DNA from: Chiloscyllium plagiosum
Lineage: Eukaryota
Reading direction: 5' to 3'
NCBI RefSeq assembly: GCF_004010195.1
Contig: NC_057718.1
Span: 30,324,045 to 30,388,044 of the forward strand
DNA: 64,000 nt
Shown: in pieces, positions 39,995 to 53,165 of the stretch
How the letters are laid out: each line of letters begins with the position of its first letter
How positions within the stretch are numbered: position 1 is the stretch's first letter
Translations under genes and position numbers: made by a program
Notes under the pieces: model-generated
Seen by the model: only the letters and a program-made list of their open reading frames with translations
What the model was told of the DNA's origin: nothing
The model's database searches: none

Positions 39995-40290
39995 GGGTGG
40001 CACAGTGGCTCAGTGTTTAGCACTGCTGCCTCACAGCAGCAGGGTCCCAAGTTTGATTCCAGCCTTGGGTGGCTGTCTGTGGAGTTTGCACATTCTTCCC
40101 GTGTCTGCATGGGTTTCCTCTCACAATCCAAAGATGTGCAGCTCAGGTGAATTGGCTATGCTAAATTGCCCATAGTGTTAGGTGCATTAGTCAGAGGGAA
40201 GTGGGTCTGGGTGGGTTACTCTTCGGAGGGTTGATGTGGACTTGTTGGGCTGAGGGGCCTGTTTCCACACTGTAGGGAATCTAATCTAAC
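39995..40290 (+). mobile_element. HE1-type V-SINE
   Basis: Full head, V-domain and tail, ending gaatctaatcta. Confidence 0.9.
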
Positions 40291-40639
40291 TGTGGTCAGG
40301 TAAAGCTCTGTAACAGTATCACAATGTTAATTGAAATTGGATATGCCACCTTTGCTGTCTTTGTGACCTTGCAAAATGATATCATCACAAGCATGACTGT
40401 CCAATGAAGCAACTAACCAGAAAGATTACAGTAGGAAAATTCATAGGTTGCATTTGTAGAAAATCTTTTTGGAGCATAAATAGCCTGTTCCACAAACAGC
40501 AAGAGCAGGTACCAGTCTAAAAATGCCCTTGAATGTTTTGTGTTTAAGACTACAATGCATAATCTAGGTTTACACTTGCAATCATTGTTTTGTGAATGAT
40601 GAGCTCTTCCTTGTTTCTCTTTTCGTTGGGCGAGGCATT

Positions 40640-40912
40640 AATCTGAGGCCTAGTCTACCCTCACAAGTCGGCATAGCCAATGACCCAGCATTGTTTTAAG
40701 AAAACCAGGGGTGTTCTGTTAGTTTATTGGCAAATATTTATCCTTCAAACCAACATTTACAAAGGTAAACTTTCAATTTCCGTCACCATTGGTTGTGCGG
40801 GCTTGCGGTACACAAATTGGCTACACTATAACAATTACTTCTTTTGAAAAATACTTGATTGTAAATTATTTTGAGTTTTAAGGTCATGAATGGCATGAGA
40901 AAGATGCAAGTC
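40640..40912 (+). mobile_element. Deu-domain SINE relic
   Basis: caggggtgttct..tggcaaatatttatccttcaaaccaacat..gggcttgcggtacacaaattggct..aggtcatgaatggc..atgcaagtc. Confidence 0.55.
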
Positions 40913-42281
40913 ATTAATCGTCAATCACTGGCATCTCTAATTTATATTTGGAAGTATGTTTAGGACCAAAGGAGAATGATACCCTCGTACAGGGTATGAT
41001 CAGCCAAGTGTTCTCCTTTTGTGCCATGAAATCCTAAAAACTACATTGCTGGTGTGTTATGACATGTTTCCTATTGCTGCCCTGCACACGGTTATCCATT
41101 TTTAATACACTTTGCAACAGTTTACAAAGAATTCAATAGTGCACCTTCCAAAAGAAAATCAAGAGAGAAGCACTTTTATTACAAAGCACAAGTAAAATTA
41201 TTAAAAGTTCCTAAGGTTACTGTTACTAGCCCAGTGGAAGTACAGTGTGAAATCAATGTGCCTTCCATTTGAACAATGGTTAGGAACAAAACGTTCATAG
41301 TTTCTGCAGCTTCACTGATGAATAGCAATTACTGACTTGAAATGTAAAATTCCCATTACCAGAAACCAAAATACAAGTCTGCGTATGTAGTATATAACAT
41401 CAAATATTATTAAAAGCTGTTGTTTTAAAATGTTGATGAATAATGCAGTCTTTTCTCCAGTTACCATTATTCCCTGAGCTAGGAACAATTTTGTCACCAC
41501 CCTAGCAACAGTTTCCTGATGCAAATTAGAAGTTGATTTTTCCCATTAACTTCTAAATGCATTTCTTTCCTAAAATGTCTGAATCATGATTAGTCTGATT
41601 AAAGTTTTATCGAAAAGTGCTGTCCTCTTATTGTTGTGTATCTTTTGTTCAATGAATTTGGAAAGTAAATTGAAGATAATATATGGTCACACTCCTCAAA
41701 TGAGAAGACCGTTCCTGTTGTTAATTAAATTAAATTGGAGAAAAGGAATAAGTTTATGGAAATGCATAGTGGAATTTATCCTTGAAATATGAAACATTTT
41801 ACTATGCCTGCAAATCGCAACAACCTTTCAATACATTGCAAAATCAAACCTTCTTCACTTTGAACCTCAACAAATAGTTGCAGACAAATCAGAGTGGAGC
41901 CTGATCCTTCCCCCAGAACATGTCTGTGTAACAGAGGTCATTGAATGAAAATTGGCTCCCCTATCTGATTTCTCCACCTTGAGCTCAGTGGAACCGATGC
42001 AAAATGAAATATCATTGCTATCATCCAAATTGAAATCAAATAAATCAGCGCACACTGGAATTGAGCCTTTGTGACCTTTTCATCTTCTCTCCTCAGTGCA
42101 AAGTAACCACATAGAAAGGCTTTTCAAGGAAGGGGTGTCAGAATCCAGTCTGCAGTCTGCAACTGGGGGAAAGAGGGGAAATAATTCTTGCCAAAGAATG
42201 AGAAGTTTATTCATCTTCTCGCATTTTTTGCAATACCATTTCTATGCCATAGACAATAAGGTTCCTTGCCTTAGTAAAACA

Positions 42282-42496
42282 ACCAGGATGTGGAGGAGCT
42301 GGTGTTGGACTCCAACACCGGCTCCTCCACAACATGGCTGTTTTACTACGGCAAAGTGGACAAAGTTAAAAATTACATAACACCAGGTTACAGTCCAATA
42401 GGTTTATTTGGAAGCACTAGCTTTCAAAGTACTGCCCTTCATCATTGCTTCCAAATAAACCTTTTGGACTATAACCTGGTGTTGTGATTTCTAACA
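42282..42496. mobile_element. Double fold-back PLE-end unit (family D)
   Basis: Arms match 35428-35512 in both orientations; flanked by tagtaaaaca at 42272-42281 and 42497-42506. Confidence 0.75.
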
Positions 42497-45400
42497 TAGT
42501 AAAACAGGGCATAGTCTTCATAATGGATGCACCATATTTAGCCCACTTTGAACTAATCCATGTTGGAAAATAGCTTCTGTTTCCTGTATGCCTGTAAACA
42601 CAGAATGTCAGTCAGCTTCTTATACTTTTGATGCGAAGTTAATCAAAAAGAGCTAGATGTCAAAGTCTAGTGACTTTTATTTGGTGGTGGACACCATCAG
42701 AGTTGACAAAGATACATAGAAGGAAATTAAATCAAGGAATATAAATTATGGTATAAAAAGTTTGGACTTTAAAAATGTGTTGATTGGAGGAAACTGTTTG
42801 GATCGGGATAAAGGGGGAGTGATGAGGGAGTGCAGGTATGCGTTTCACATTTTTGAGGTCCCAGGAAAGAGCAGGTAAATTTGTTTGTGCCCAAGGTTGA
42901 ACTCCTCGAGGGGGGTGGAGCTTTGTTATGGCATACAATTATTAGTATCACAGATTTATTTCTGTTTGAACTGAGAATGCAAAAAATAGTACCTTGTTAC
43001 AGTGTATTCAAATGGAAAATTGGGGCAAATCTAAATTAAGAGGATTGATGAACGAGCACTATTACCAGCAAGCTATAAAATGCTAAATTTTATTTCACCA
43101 TCAGCCTGTGCATGATTTTGTTTGCAAATCCCACTTGTTTAAAATCTTACATGGCATTCTGGAGAGCGAGGGGAAAAAGAGGTGTCAAAATTTGCAATCA
43201 CTGAAGGTGCGTTCAAGTGACATGAATAGATTTAAGTTCCTAATGGGTCAGCTTTTGGCGGTCAGTCATGAAGAGAAAAAACCATCACACACACTTCATC
43301 AACACTGTGGAATGAAGTGACCTGAGTGTTGCAGTAGAAAGGATTGCTAGTGAGCGAAGAGACTAATTGGTGGATGAACATGCCCCTGGAGCAACGATTT
43401 TAAGGTCATAGCTGGCTCAGTGAATAGTGCTGACTTATGCTGTGTCTTTCTGATAGCTGATCTTACCAGTGAGCAGGTTAAGGCATTCAAGCCTGAACTC
43501 TCTTCCATGTGCCTTGAATAGTATGTCACTGGGCAGTGTTCCTGACATCCTTTATGTTTGTCCAGTCATCTCTGAATCTTTGGCTGGGACTCAGAGTGAC
43601 TGAAGAAAGAAGAACAGAAGTAATTATTTTCAGTCATTGAGTTTTGAAGATCTTAGTGTTAATTATGCCCTTGTTACAAACACTGCCAATTCATCTGAAA
43701 AAAGTAGGAATGTTTGAAAACGTACTTGAAACATGACACCTTAAGGCTCAATTACAGCAGAATGTTCTGGAAATTTATATTTAACTGTATGGATCAAAGC
43801 TACTATAAGTAAAATGTTGTGTAGTAAGTAAAGATTCACAATTATTTGATTCTGTTATCCTTGTTAGTTTTGTTATTTAGAAAACATTACTCTTGAGTTT
43901 GCAAATACTGAAACCTTAGATACAAATATTAGACAACTATATATATCAACTGAACCAAAGCATTTTTCTGGTGAAACTGGGTTAGAAATAACTTTTGAGT
44001 CCTTAAAATGATTCATTTTTAAAAAGTTAAACACTAAAGTAGTATTGATCAACCCGCATCTTGACCTTGTTTAGTTTGTTTATTTGAGATATTTTAAAAT
44101 TGAAGGTGTTTACAAAGCATGACAGATGCACTTGATTTTGCATTGTTTGCCTGTTTCAAGATCTAATATTGGAAGAGGCATTTAACTGCACTTTCCAGTT
44201 TTATGCTTCATAACATTTATTGAAAGAGGTGTAATATTCATGGCTTGGACTCAGACATTTCCGGACAGGATTACAGGCGGCTTTCTGTTGAAACAAGCTT
44301 CAGACTTATTTATAGTAAAGCTTTCCTACTGTGCTTTTCATTTTGGAAGAACAGACTTTTTTTTATTCATTTAATGAATATTGTGTGACTAAAAAGAGGA
44401 ATGGAGATTAAAAATCTCTAGAAGCAAAGCACAAAACTTGTCCCTTTTATTAAGTGTTCTACATTTCTGAAAGCTAAGCAAAAGAAATAAACTTTCATCT
44501 TGTGTTGACAGTAATGATATTCAATAACTTATTTTCCAATTGGGTTATAGCAGTTAAGTGAAATGTAACAGGAATACATTGAAACCCTGCATTTAAAAAT
44601 TAGCCTGAGGACTGGTAGAAATATGGATCTCCTAACTGTGTAATGCTCATTGCCTGATTGTGTACCTTCTGGATTTGGCATTGTGGTGCTTTGACAGCCT
44701 ATTATAGACTATAATGAACTGCTTTTGAAATAGAAGAAATTCAACTTGACAGGACAAAAATGAAATTCAGCTTGTGGCATTTTTTGTTGTTGTTCCGCAC
44801 ATACAGTAAATTTGAGTCCAAGTTCGTGAACTACTTTTATTAAAAACAAAACAAAAATACACAAATTAATGAATTGTTTTATTAAATGTGATAAGTGCAT
44901 TACTGATATTCCCACTAAGTTTAACAAACTGGAATGGGGGAGGGTGAAAGTGCCTCCAGTTAGGAGCTGATTTGTCTTTTTTCATCAGAAACTCATTTAA
45001 ATACACTAGGCTTGCTACAGGAGTAACTGGGGCAGACAGGCTGCATACAGATGACTTGATTTAATAATGAAAATAATAGACCGAGCTGGCAGCCGGGCTT
45101 TGGGAACTGTGCATCTGGAGGTGCAATGAGTGCACATCAATAATCATCAAGTGTTATTCTATGTTAATGTTAACCTGATGGATCAGCTTTCGCTTTTTGC
45201 CCAGAGGACCATTAAGCACTGGGGTTTGGATCGAACTGATATGGGCAGACAGACCTAAACCAACTGACTGCTTACTTACAGTATTGCTCTAACCAATCAT
45301 GCAAACATGCCTCTGATACAACAAAATAACAGCAGATCCACTGTTATGATCAGGAAAAATGGATTGGTTAAACATTTTAAATTTTCCTGCTTAATGATTT

Positions 45401-48244
45401 GAATAAATGAAGAAACCATTATCAGGTTAGTAAAGATGTAGAAGGAGTTTTTAATTTATTATTTGACTTTGGTGCACTACGTTTATTTTAAAACATTTTA
45501 TTGATTCCAAACCATATTGCTGGCACACATTGGTGTTTTGGCATAGGTTTTTAACTTGAATATTGCAAGATTAAATATTTGTTAAGCACTACTTGATGAA
45601 ACATTTATAGACTTTTTTAATATAGGTTTGCACTAAACATCTGTGTTTCATCTATTTGGGAAAATAGAATCAATGGACAAATTTTACCTGAGAGTTTGTT
45701 TGTCGTTCACTTATGCATGTTGGGGATTCTAAAGAATTGTTTGCAAATTCAACAGTCTACTTATATTTCAATATAAAGTGAGCAATGTAACCATCATTGT
45801 TCTGTAAACAACTTCCTTGATTTCCTTTATAATGCTGAACTCTGCCAAAGGTTCATTGCAGAGGATGCAGAGGGATTGAAGGGATTGATGTATAAAGAAA
45901 ATCCTGAAATAGTCTGTAGACTAGAAATTACTCCCTGGTGTCCATTGTATATTATTTTATTCTTCCTTTGTTATTTCTACAATTTTGACTGGCTTCCTGG
46001 CTTTACAGGATCTTCTGTAGAATTGTATCTTTCCCTTCTCCAAAGTGGCTATGTTAAATGTCTCTCAGAGGATATGTGAGCAGTACAGAATGAATGGGTC
46101 TTCAAATTTTCTCTCTGTCAGCTTTACATTTTCCATCTACAAGGGTATTATCTTTGGTGCTTTAAAATTCCTGTGTATGATACTGTTGAAATAAGTGGTG
46201 TTCTGACCCCTTCACTTTCCAAAGTCCTCCATTACCATGTTTTCCGTGTACTGACTTGTTATTGCGTATAAACTGCTTTACCCCAATGTCATTAAATAAG
46301 ATGGTCACCAAGTGGTCCCTTCTTGCTCCTAAATTCTATGTCCTTTTCTCTGAGTTTATTCAAGGTTGAGTTAAATAGATTTGTAATCGAGAAGGGCATT
46401 GAGCGTTATGGTTGCAGACAGTGAAGTGAATGATGAATAATTTATTTATTGTCACATGTATCTTACAATGAGAAGAACAGTAAAATACAGTGCAAAGCTT
46501 TTTCAATTTCACCATAATCCGACACTATTGTGAATAATTTAAGAATAAGAGAAAAAAATAGGAAAATAAAGCCTAAAGAGAGTCTACTGGTCCTGAGCCA
46601 GCTTATCACCATCAATGACACCTGCACCACCATCCCTACTCTGTCACCATCTACACCAGACACAATCAGTGTCGAAGTTGCCAATCCTCGGGTGCTATCT
46701 TTCACTGATGGGCTGATTCTCCTCCTCCGCCATATCATCGCCACCTGCGCTGGACCTACCTCGAAGTCAACATTCTCCCCCGCTTTGCTGCTGTCAGTGC
46801 TGGACCCAACCAATGATGAAGTCACCAATCCTCAGGCATTATCTTACGCTGCTGGGTCTACCTCGCTGACATCGCCTCCACTAATGTAGCAGCTCCCGAA
46901 TCTGATGCCAGGTCCCATGCTCAGCCCGGAAGGTAAGTAAGGGCTCTCGTTCCTCCGTGCTGAGGTCTGCGCTGGGAGATGAGACCTCTACCAGATCAGC
47001 AATGATCTTATAGGATGGTGAAGAAGGCTCTGGTAGCCAAATGGCTCTCCCCTGCCTGAGTCCTATATATTCTTTATTGCATTAGTTTTTACTGATACTA
47101 ATTTGATCAATTTTAAACATTTTAAGAAATACTATGTTGTTAATTAGCTAGAAATATATATTTAATGAATATAATAAGTTTGATACTGTGTTCTACGGTA
47201 TTTTTAATTACTGCCAAACTTCTGAACAATGTTTAAAGTGTTTGAACTCTCAGGACATGAACAATGGGCCAAAATAACTTTGAAAGGGAAATGTCGGTGG
47301 GCTAACATTTCAACCAAATCACTCCATTTAAAAAGTTATCATGATTTATTCTTTGCTCTTTCCTGTTGAGTTAATGAGTAGATATTTCGCTGACCTGTGC
47401 AACTTTGAAGTATCAGATTCAATCTCTATTCCACATTGAGTTATCTCATCTCATCTAAGACTGAAGTTGGATTATTAGAATATTCTTGGCTATATTGAGA
47501 TGGGGAATGGAAAATTCAGCCAAGATTCTCGTGTTGATTTGCAATCTAATGAATTGTACTGGAAAATGCAAGTGTGCAGGTGGTGGACTTTCAGTGGGAT
47601 TATACTCTTGCTTGAAGGTGTTTTTCTTATGCCCGCCTTCAGTACTATCAGGTCCCAGGCTCTGTCTGGACAGCATCTTGAGACAGCAAAGTTAAACAGA
47701 AGGGAGCAACTGTTTCACTTCTATTCACCAATGCAAGAAATATTTTGTTGCTGATACCACATCCTACCATTAGAAGTATGTTTTGGGAAGGTTTCAGAAA
47801 GAATTGTGCACTAAAAATTAGTAAGGTGAAGTATTTATGATATTAGTATTATATTATGTGTTTCCAGTTTTACAGTATTATTTGACTGTAATACTCTTGA
47901 TAAAATAATTTTTATACATGCTCGGGTCGCAGAATGAATAATGATGAATGCTACAATTATCTCCATCAATGCATTTTTCTAATACCTCTTTGACTATTTG
48001 AATTTATTTACATTTTCTGCTTTATATTTGTAATAAAGTGTCATGGGAGCTTTTTATGCAGTTGCATGCTAAGTATTTTTCCCACGTGCATTTTCTCAAA
48101 CTTGTTATTTATCTGTGTATTATGTGGACAATCAGTGTTTTGAGGTCAGAATACATTTGTTTATATTTTCAGCCGAAAACAACACACAAAGTTCTGCCTG
48201 TTGTCACTGCTGTTTTGGAAAATGAAATGAGAATAGTCAAGTGA

Positions 48245-48561
48245 TAGATTAGATTAGATTAGATTAGATTACAGTGTGGAAACAGGCCCTGCGGCCCAAC
48301 AAGTCCACACCGACCCGCCGAAGCGCAACCCACCCATAAATTTACCCCTTACCTAACACTACGGGCAATTTAGTATGGCCAATTCACCTGACCCTGCACA
48401 TCTTTGGACTGTGGGAGGAAACCGGAGCACCCGGAGGAAACCCACGCAGACACGGGGAGAACGTGCAAACTCCACACAGTCAGTCGCCTGAGGCGGGAAT
48501 TGAACCCGGGTCTCTGGCGCTGTGAGGCAGCAGTGCTAACCACTGTGCCACCGTGCCGCCC
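48245..48561 (-). mobile_element. HE1-type V-SINE, young-looking full copy
   Basis: CpGs retained, complete head gggcggcacggtggcacagtggttagc, (AGATT)5 tail. Confidence 0.95.
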
Positions 48562-50120
48562 AGGTTTGTACGGTCAAGAATTCGCATCCACAATAGGGTT
48601 CCATCTCTTGGAGTAGAAAGGTAACTGACAGAAGTGATGATTTCATTGGGTCCCCATGGCTTTCAATTTTGTCATTCATAAGCAAATTATATGGTCAAAT
48701 GTTGAATTTCAAATCTTTCAACTGAGATGTAGTTTAGAATACAGGTTGAATCTCACTTGCCCATTTTCTACCAAGTTGAAGAAAATTGTTTTGTATTTGA
48801 ATCCTTCTTGGGGAAAAAAACATTTATTTCAAAGGCATGTGATGGCTTCTAATGATAACTTTGTATAATTCCGTTTGGAAATAATGGACCTCATTCCTAT
48901 TTGTATTTCCTGCAAGATGCTTGTGAGAAGAGGGAGAAATAAACTGGAAGAGCTGAAAGAAAAATTCATTATAATGGAGAAAGAGACACTGAAATAAAAT
49001 TGAAGAGGATATTGAATGAACAGGGAACAATAGTAGCTATAATATGTGCCAGAAAGGAGTAATTGCAATGTATAGAGCAATGGGGCATGTCAGGCGATAT
49101 AAAGCCTATAAAACACCATAACTAAATAGGCTGAAGTTTGAAGTGAGGAGGAATGAGGAATAAAAAAAACTTATTTGCGACAAATGGTTCTGGGCGAATT
49201 GGTCTTTTGTGGTTTGCCCTTGTTCTGTAGCATATTCAGTTAAAAGCATTGGAGTTTGTGTGAGCTGCTCTGTGTAAAAGTTTGATGTTTATTAATGACA
49301 AATATGTATTTTTGCTTTAGAATGAGCAATGGTGTCTTAACATAATAGAATTTTCCACTCTTTCAAGAAAGATAGTTCAGTTTGAAACTCTGATCTTAAA
49401 TCTAAACAAAGACAATTGTGAAGGTACGAGGAGGAAGTGGTTGTGGTGACTTAGAAAAACAAGTTTTAGCAGGTTCGGCAGTAGCTTGGACATAACTAGT
49501 ATTTAAAGAAATAATACTTGGCTTTCAAAACGTATTTCTTTTTAAGGCAAAGCTAGCCATTGAAAAAGTGGGAAAGCCATTGCTAATTGGGAAAGTAAAG
49601 ATAGCATTAGATCAAAGGAGGATTCTTATAAAGTTGCCATTAAGCAGTAAGCCTGAGGATTTGGAAAAGTTTAGAATTAAGCAAAGGAGCACCAAGAAAT
49701 TGATAAAGATAGGATCTAATATAAATGTAAATTCGTAGGAAACATTAAAATGGACTGTAAAAGGTAAAAAGGAACGGATTAGCAAATGTAGAAGTGAATG
49801 GATAACAGCTAAGATAGGGAATAGAGAAATGAAGAGAAGCCAAGCAAGTATTTCCTGTGTCTTCCTCTGTGAAGACAGTCACAAAATATTCCTGAAATCA
49901 TTAAGATCCACTGGTTGAGAAAGAGTTTAGAACAAAGTCGTATTGGAGAATAATGGACTGAGAGTTGATTTCTGGAGTGTTGACTCTTGATAAGCAAAGT
50001 GATGAATGGTTATTGGGGAAAGGTGGGAATGTGGATTTGAGATAGCAATCGGTTGAGCCATGATCATCTTGAATGGCAGAACAGACTTAAAGGGCCAAAT
50101 GGCCTACTCATACTCCTTGA

Positions 50121-50199
50121 GGAGAAAGTGAGGTCTGCAGATGCTGGAGATCAGAGCTGGAAATGTGTTGCTGGAAAAGCGCAGCAGGTCAGGCAGCAT
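50121..50199 (-). mobile_element. PLE end (family A), short
   Basis: Near-identical to 38964-39045; flanked by cttga on both sides. Confidence 0.75.
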
Positions 50200-52362
50200 C
50201 TTGAATGATTGTATACAGTGCACTTCCTGAAACCATTTAAGACTCAATATAATATGGTTGACCACTTTCAAATGTTTAATACTTATTAAAAACTTGATTT
50301 TTTTTTCTAAGACATATTTTAATTTTTTTCATTAGTTGAAAAGCATGTAGTCTAGTTTTTCCTGACCTGTCTGTCAAAATTGTTTTCTGGACTCACCTTA
50401 GACATGCTACTGAATATTTTGTATGGCTTGAATGAGGTAATTCTTTAAATGTCTTCCTTTATATTGTGGAGCTTTTACTTTAGCCCCTGTGTTGATTATT
50501 CAAGGAATAATGTACTTAGTTAAATGGAAAGGCTGATTATGTTATCAGGGTCACTGGTCCAACTTGACAAGTTACATTTCACAATAATATTTCTATAGTC
50601 GGAAAATAGAATTGTCATCCACAGGTAGCATTAAACAATTCAAGTTCGAAATGTCATTTCCTGAGGAATTTTTGCAGCTTTTCTGTATTCCAGGCAGTTA
50701 CGCTGACCTCAAGTACAGCTTGAGTCAACAATGAGTCATGAGTATATAGTAAAGTGGGTGTTATTCCGATGTGGTAAAGTAAGGGTAAATTTGAACAGTT
50801 TTTATTGAACATTCATTTATGAATCATAGAATTCAAAATTCAGGTTAATTCTGACTCACTGCTGAGTCAAGTCATTAGTATAGCTGAGGCAGTGTGGTGT
50901 ATGTAATGCTTAATCCCTGTTTGAGATTTACAAATACAGGACCTTTGGGGGAGAATTAATGAGATCTGTGCTCATAATTTCCCGCTTTGTGACAAATGGT
51001 ACAAGTAACTTCTTTCCACTGACTTGTATTTTAGAAGCTTAACTTGATTTTGTCAGTAACCTTTTAAAGTAGCATGGCAAATTTGTAATATGGTTATGTC
51101 TCTGAAAACCTTTTGAAATAACTCAGTGAAGGCTGCTATCTTGTCACCAAGTCGCCCTTTGTTTACACGTGCAAAGTACAGGGTCCTGGTGCAACTAACA
51201 CAGAGCCAGACCGTAGAATGAGCAGAACCCCTGACACCCCTGTTTATTTCTGTCAGCCAGGGCTCCCTGATTAACAGCCCCAGTCAGGGAACTCCTATTC
51301 TATGAGATCCAACTGCTGGCCTCGTTCTAATCGCCATACCTTTTTATATAGTTTTGGGACCAAAGTTTGTGAACATATTCTATTCAGAAACATTTTGTAT
51401 TATCTGAAATCATTTAAAATGCAACAATAGGAAAAGAAACAAAATTCCATTATGTATGATATAAATAACTTCCATGTTCAGAGGACTTTAAATATATATT
51501 GAGTAGTTTTAAATTTGAAATACATGTGAAGAATAGTTCAGAAGTTAAATGTTTTTTCAAAATATTCTGAAAGTTTAATCAATACTTGAGTGGGTGTATT
51601 AGAAACTGTCATTTCCTTTTGTAGGTAGTAATATTTTAAATTTATTTTTGAGCGTTTTCAATGACTTTCTAAAGTCTTGTTCTGCTTGAATGGATGGCTG
51701 TATTTGCTGCAAGCTTTCTCAATTGCTAGCCTCTAACTGTCCACTAAGGCATACTGAGGGTGGCCCTCTCTGATTGCTTCTCCTAACGCATCATCGCCTA
51801 TATTTGAAGGCATCTGGTCTCACTTTCTTAAATCCATGAAAGTGCAATTACTTACCCTGTATTTGCATGATTTACTGTCGTGATTGAGCAGAGAATCGTT
51901 TTAATGCATTTTGTTAATTGGTTTTAACATGTCCTCACATGATGTTCCTTGACTTTGGAAGGGAACAAAATAACAGTGTTGTGGGACAGAATTGAGCTTT
52001 ACATAGAATATACAATGCAGATGCTCACTGTTCAGCCCATACCGGTATTCTCCAACTTAATCGGTCTTCTCTAAATTATCTTCATCTCATCCGATGAGAA
52101 TAATCACCTGTTTCTTTTATCTTCATATTTATTTAGCTTCTCCATAAATGCACTTAGGCTATTCACCACAAATCCACTTAGTAGGAGTAAGTTTCACATT
52201 CTAACCTGTTCTGAATTTCCAATTGGATTTATTAATGGCTATTTTTCATTTATGGTTCCTACTTTTGGTTCTCCCTCAGTTTCCCCCCCCCCCGCCCGCC
52301 CCCAAAGAATTGATTTTAAACAGTAAAAGCAGAAGCAAATTATTGACAGATTAATTATATTA

Positions 52363-52462
52363 ATCTGTACCACTTCAACGGAGGTTCACTGATGATGTTG
52401 TCTAATATGATGACGAAACATCTGAAAACGAACCTTCCAGCTCAGCGAGCAAACTTACATCC
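52363..52462 (+). mobile_element. PLE-end unit (family C) with hammerhead core and 13 bp TSD
   Basis: ttca-ctgatga-tgttg...gac-gaaacatc-tgaa. attaattatatta at 52350-52362 and 52463-52475. Confidence 0.75.
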
Positions 52463-52761
52463 ATTAATTATATTATTGAGTATGCAGAAAATAAGCATGA
52501 GCAGCCATGACAACTAATACTTGTATGATAGCTTTTTTGAATTGCCAAACCTGATATCTCCCTCCAGTTCTGTCAAAAAACTCCTCATGCTGAGCCAGCA
52601 GGAATATGAAATATATTCCAGAAAGTATTCAGGATCAAATGATTTTAAAATGATCTGGTACCTAATAAAAAATGCATTCATTATGTACCACAAGAGCAGT
52701 GTAAGGAATGGCTTGAACATCCCTCAAATGAAATGACTAATATCTGTAACCAAGTAGGGAG

Positions 52762-53090
52762 GCAAGGTGGCGCGGTGATTAGTACTGCTGCTTCACAATG
52801 CCAGGGTCCCAGGTTCAATCCCAGCCTTGGGTGACTGTGTGTGGAGTTTGGACATTCTCTGCGTGTTTGTGGGGGTTTCTGCCACAGTCCAAAGATGTGC
52901 AGATGTGCAGATCATGTTTAATTGCCCCGTAATGTCCAGAGATGTACAAGCTAGGTGGATTAGCCAAGTTAAATGTAGGGTTATGGGGATAGGAGGGGGT
53001 GTGGGTCTGGGTGGGATTCTCTTCATAAGTCAGTGTAGACTTGGTGGGCCAGATGGCTTCTATCTGCACTGTAGGGGTTCTATGATTCTA
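52762..53090 (+). mobile_element. HE1-type V-SINE (diverged variant)
   Basis: Head, V-domain, internal repeat and tail ending ttctatgattcta. Confidence 0.85.
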
Positions 53091-53165
53091 AATAAATGGC
53101 ATGGTTTTGTGTTGGTGAAATTGATTTTTAAGCCCATGGGCAAAAAAGATAAAAATCGTAAATGC

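Noticed and set aside
48480..48561. tRNA gene-like A/B boxes (also at 28016, 39995, 25903)
   Set aside because: These are SINE heads followed by SINE bodies, not standalone tRNAs.
51128..51340. Possible solo LTR (also about 12045-12540)
   Set aside because: LTR-like composition only; I could not confirm TG..CA ends or a TSD.
52283..52303. C-tract as a functional G-quadruplex
   Set aside because: Short low-complexity run with no supporting context; homopolymer length is error-prone.
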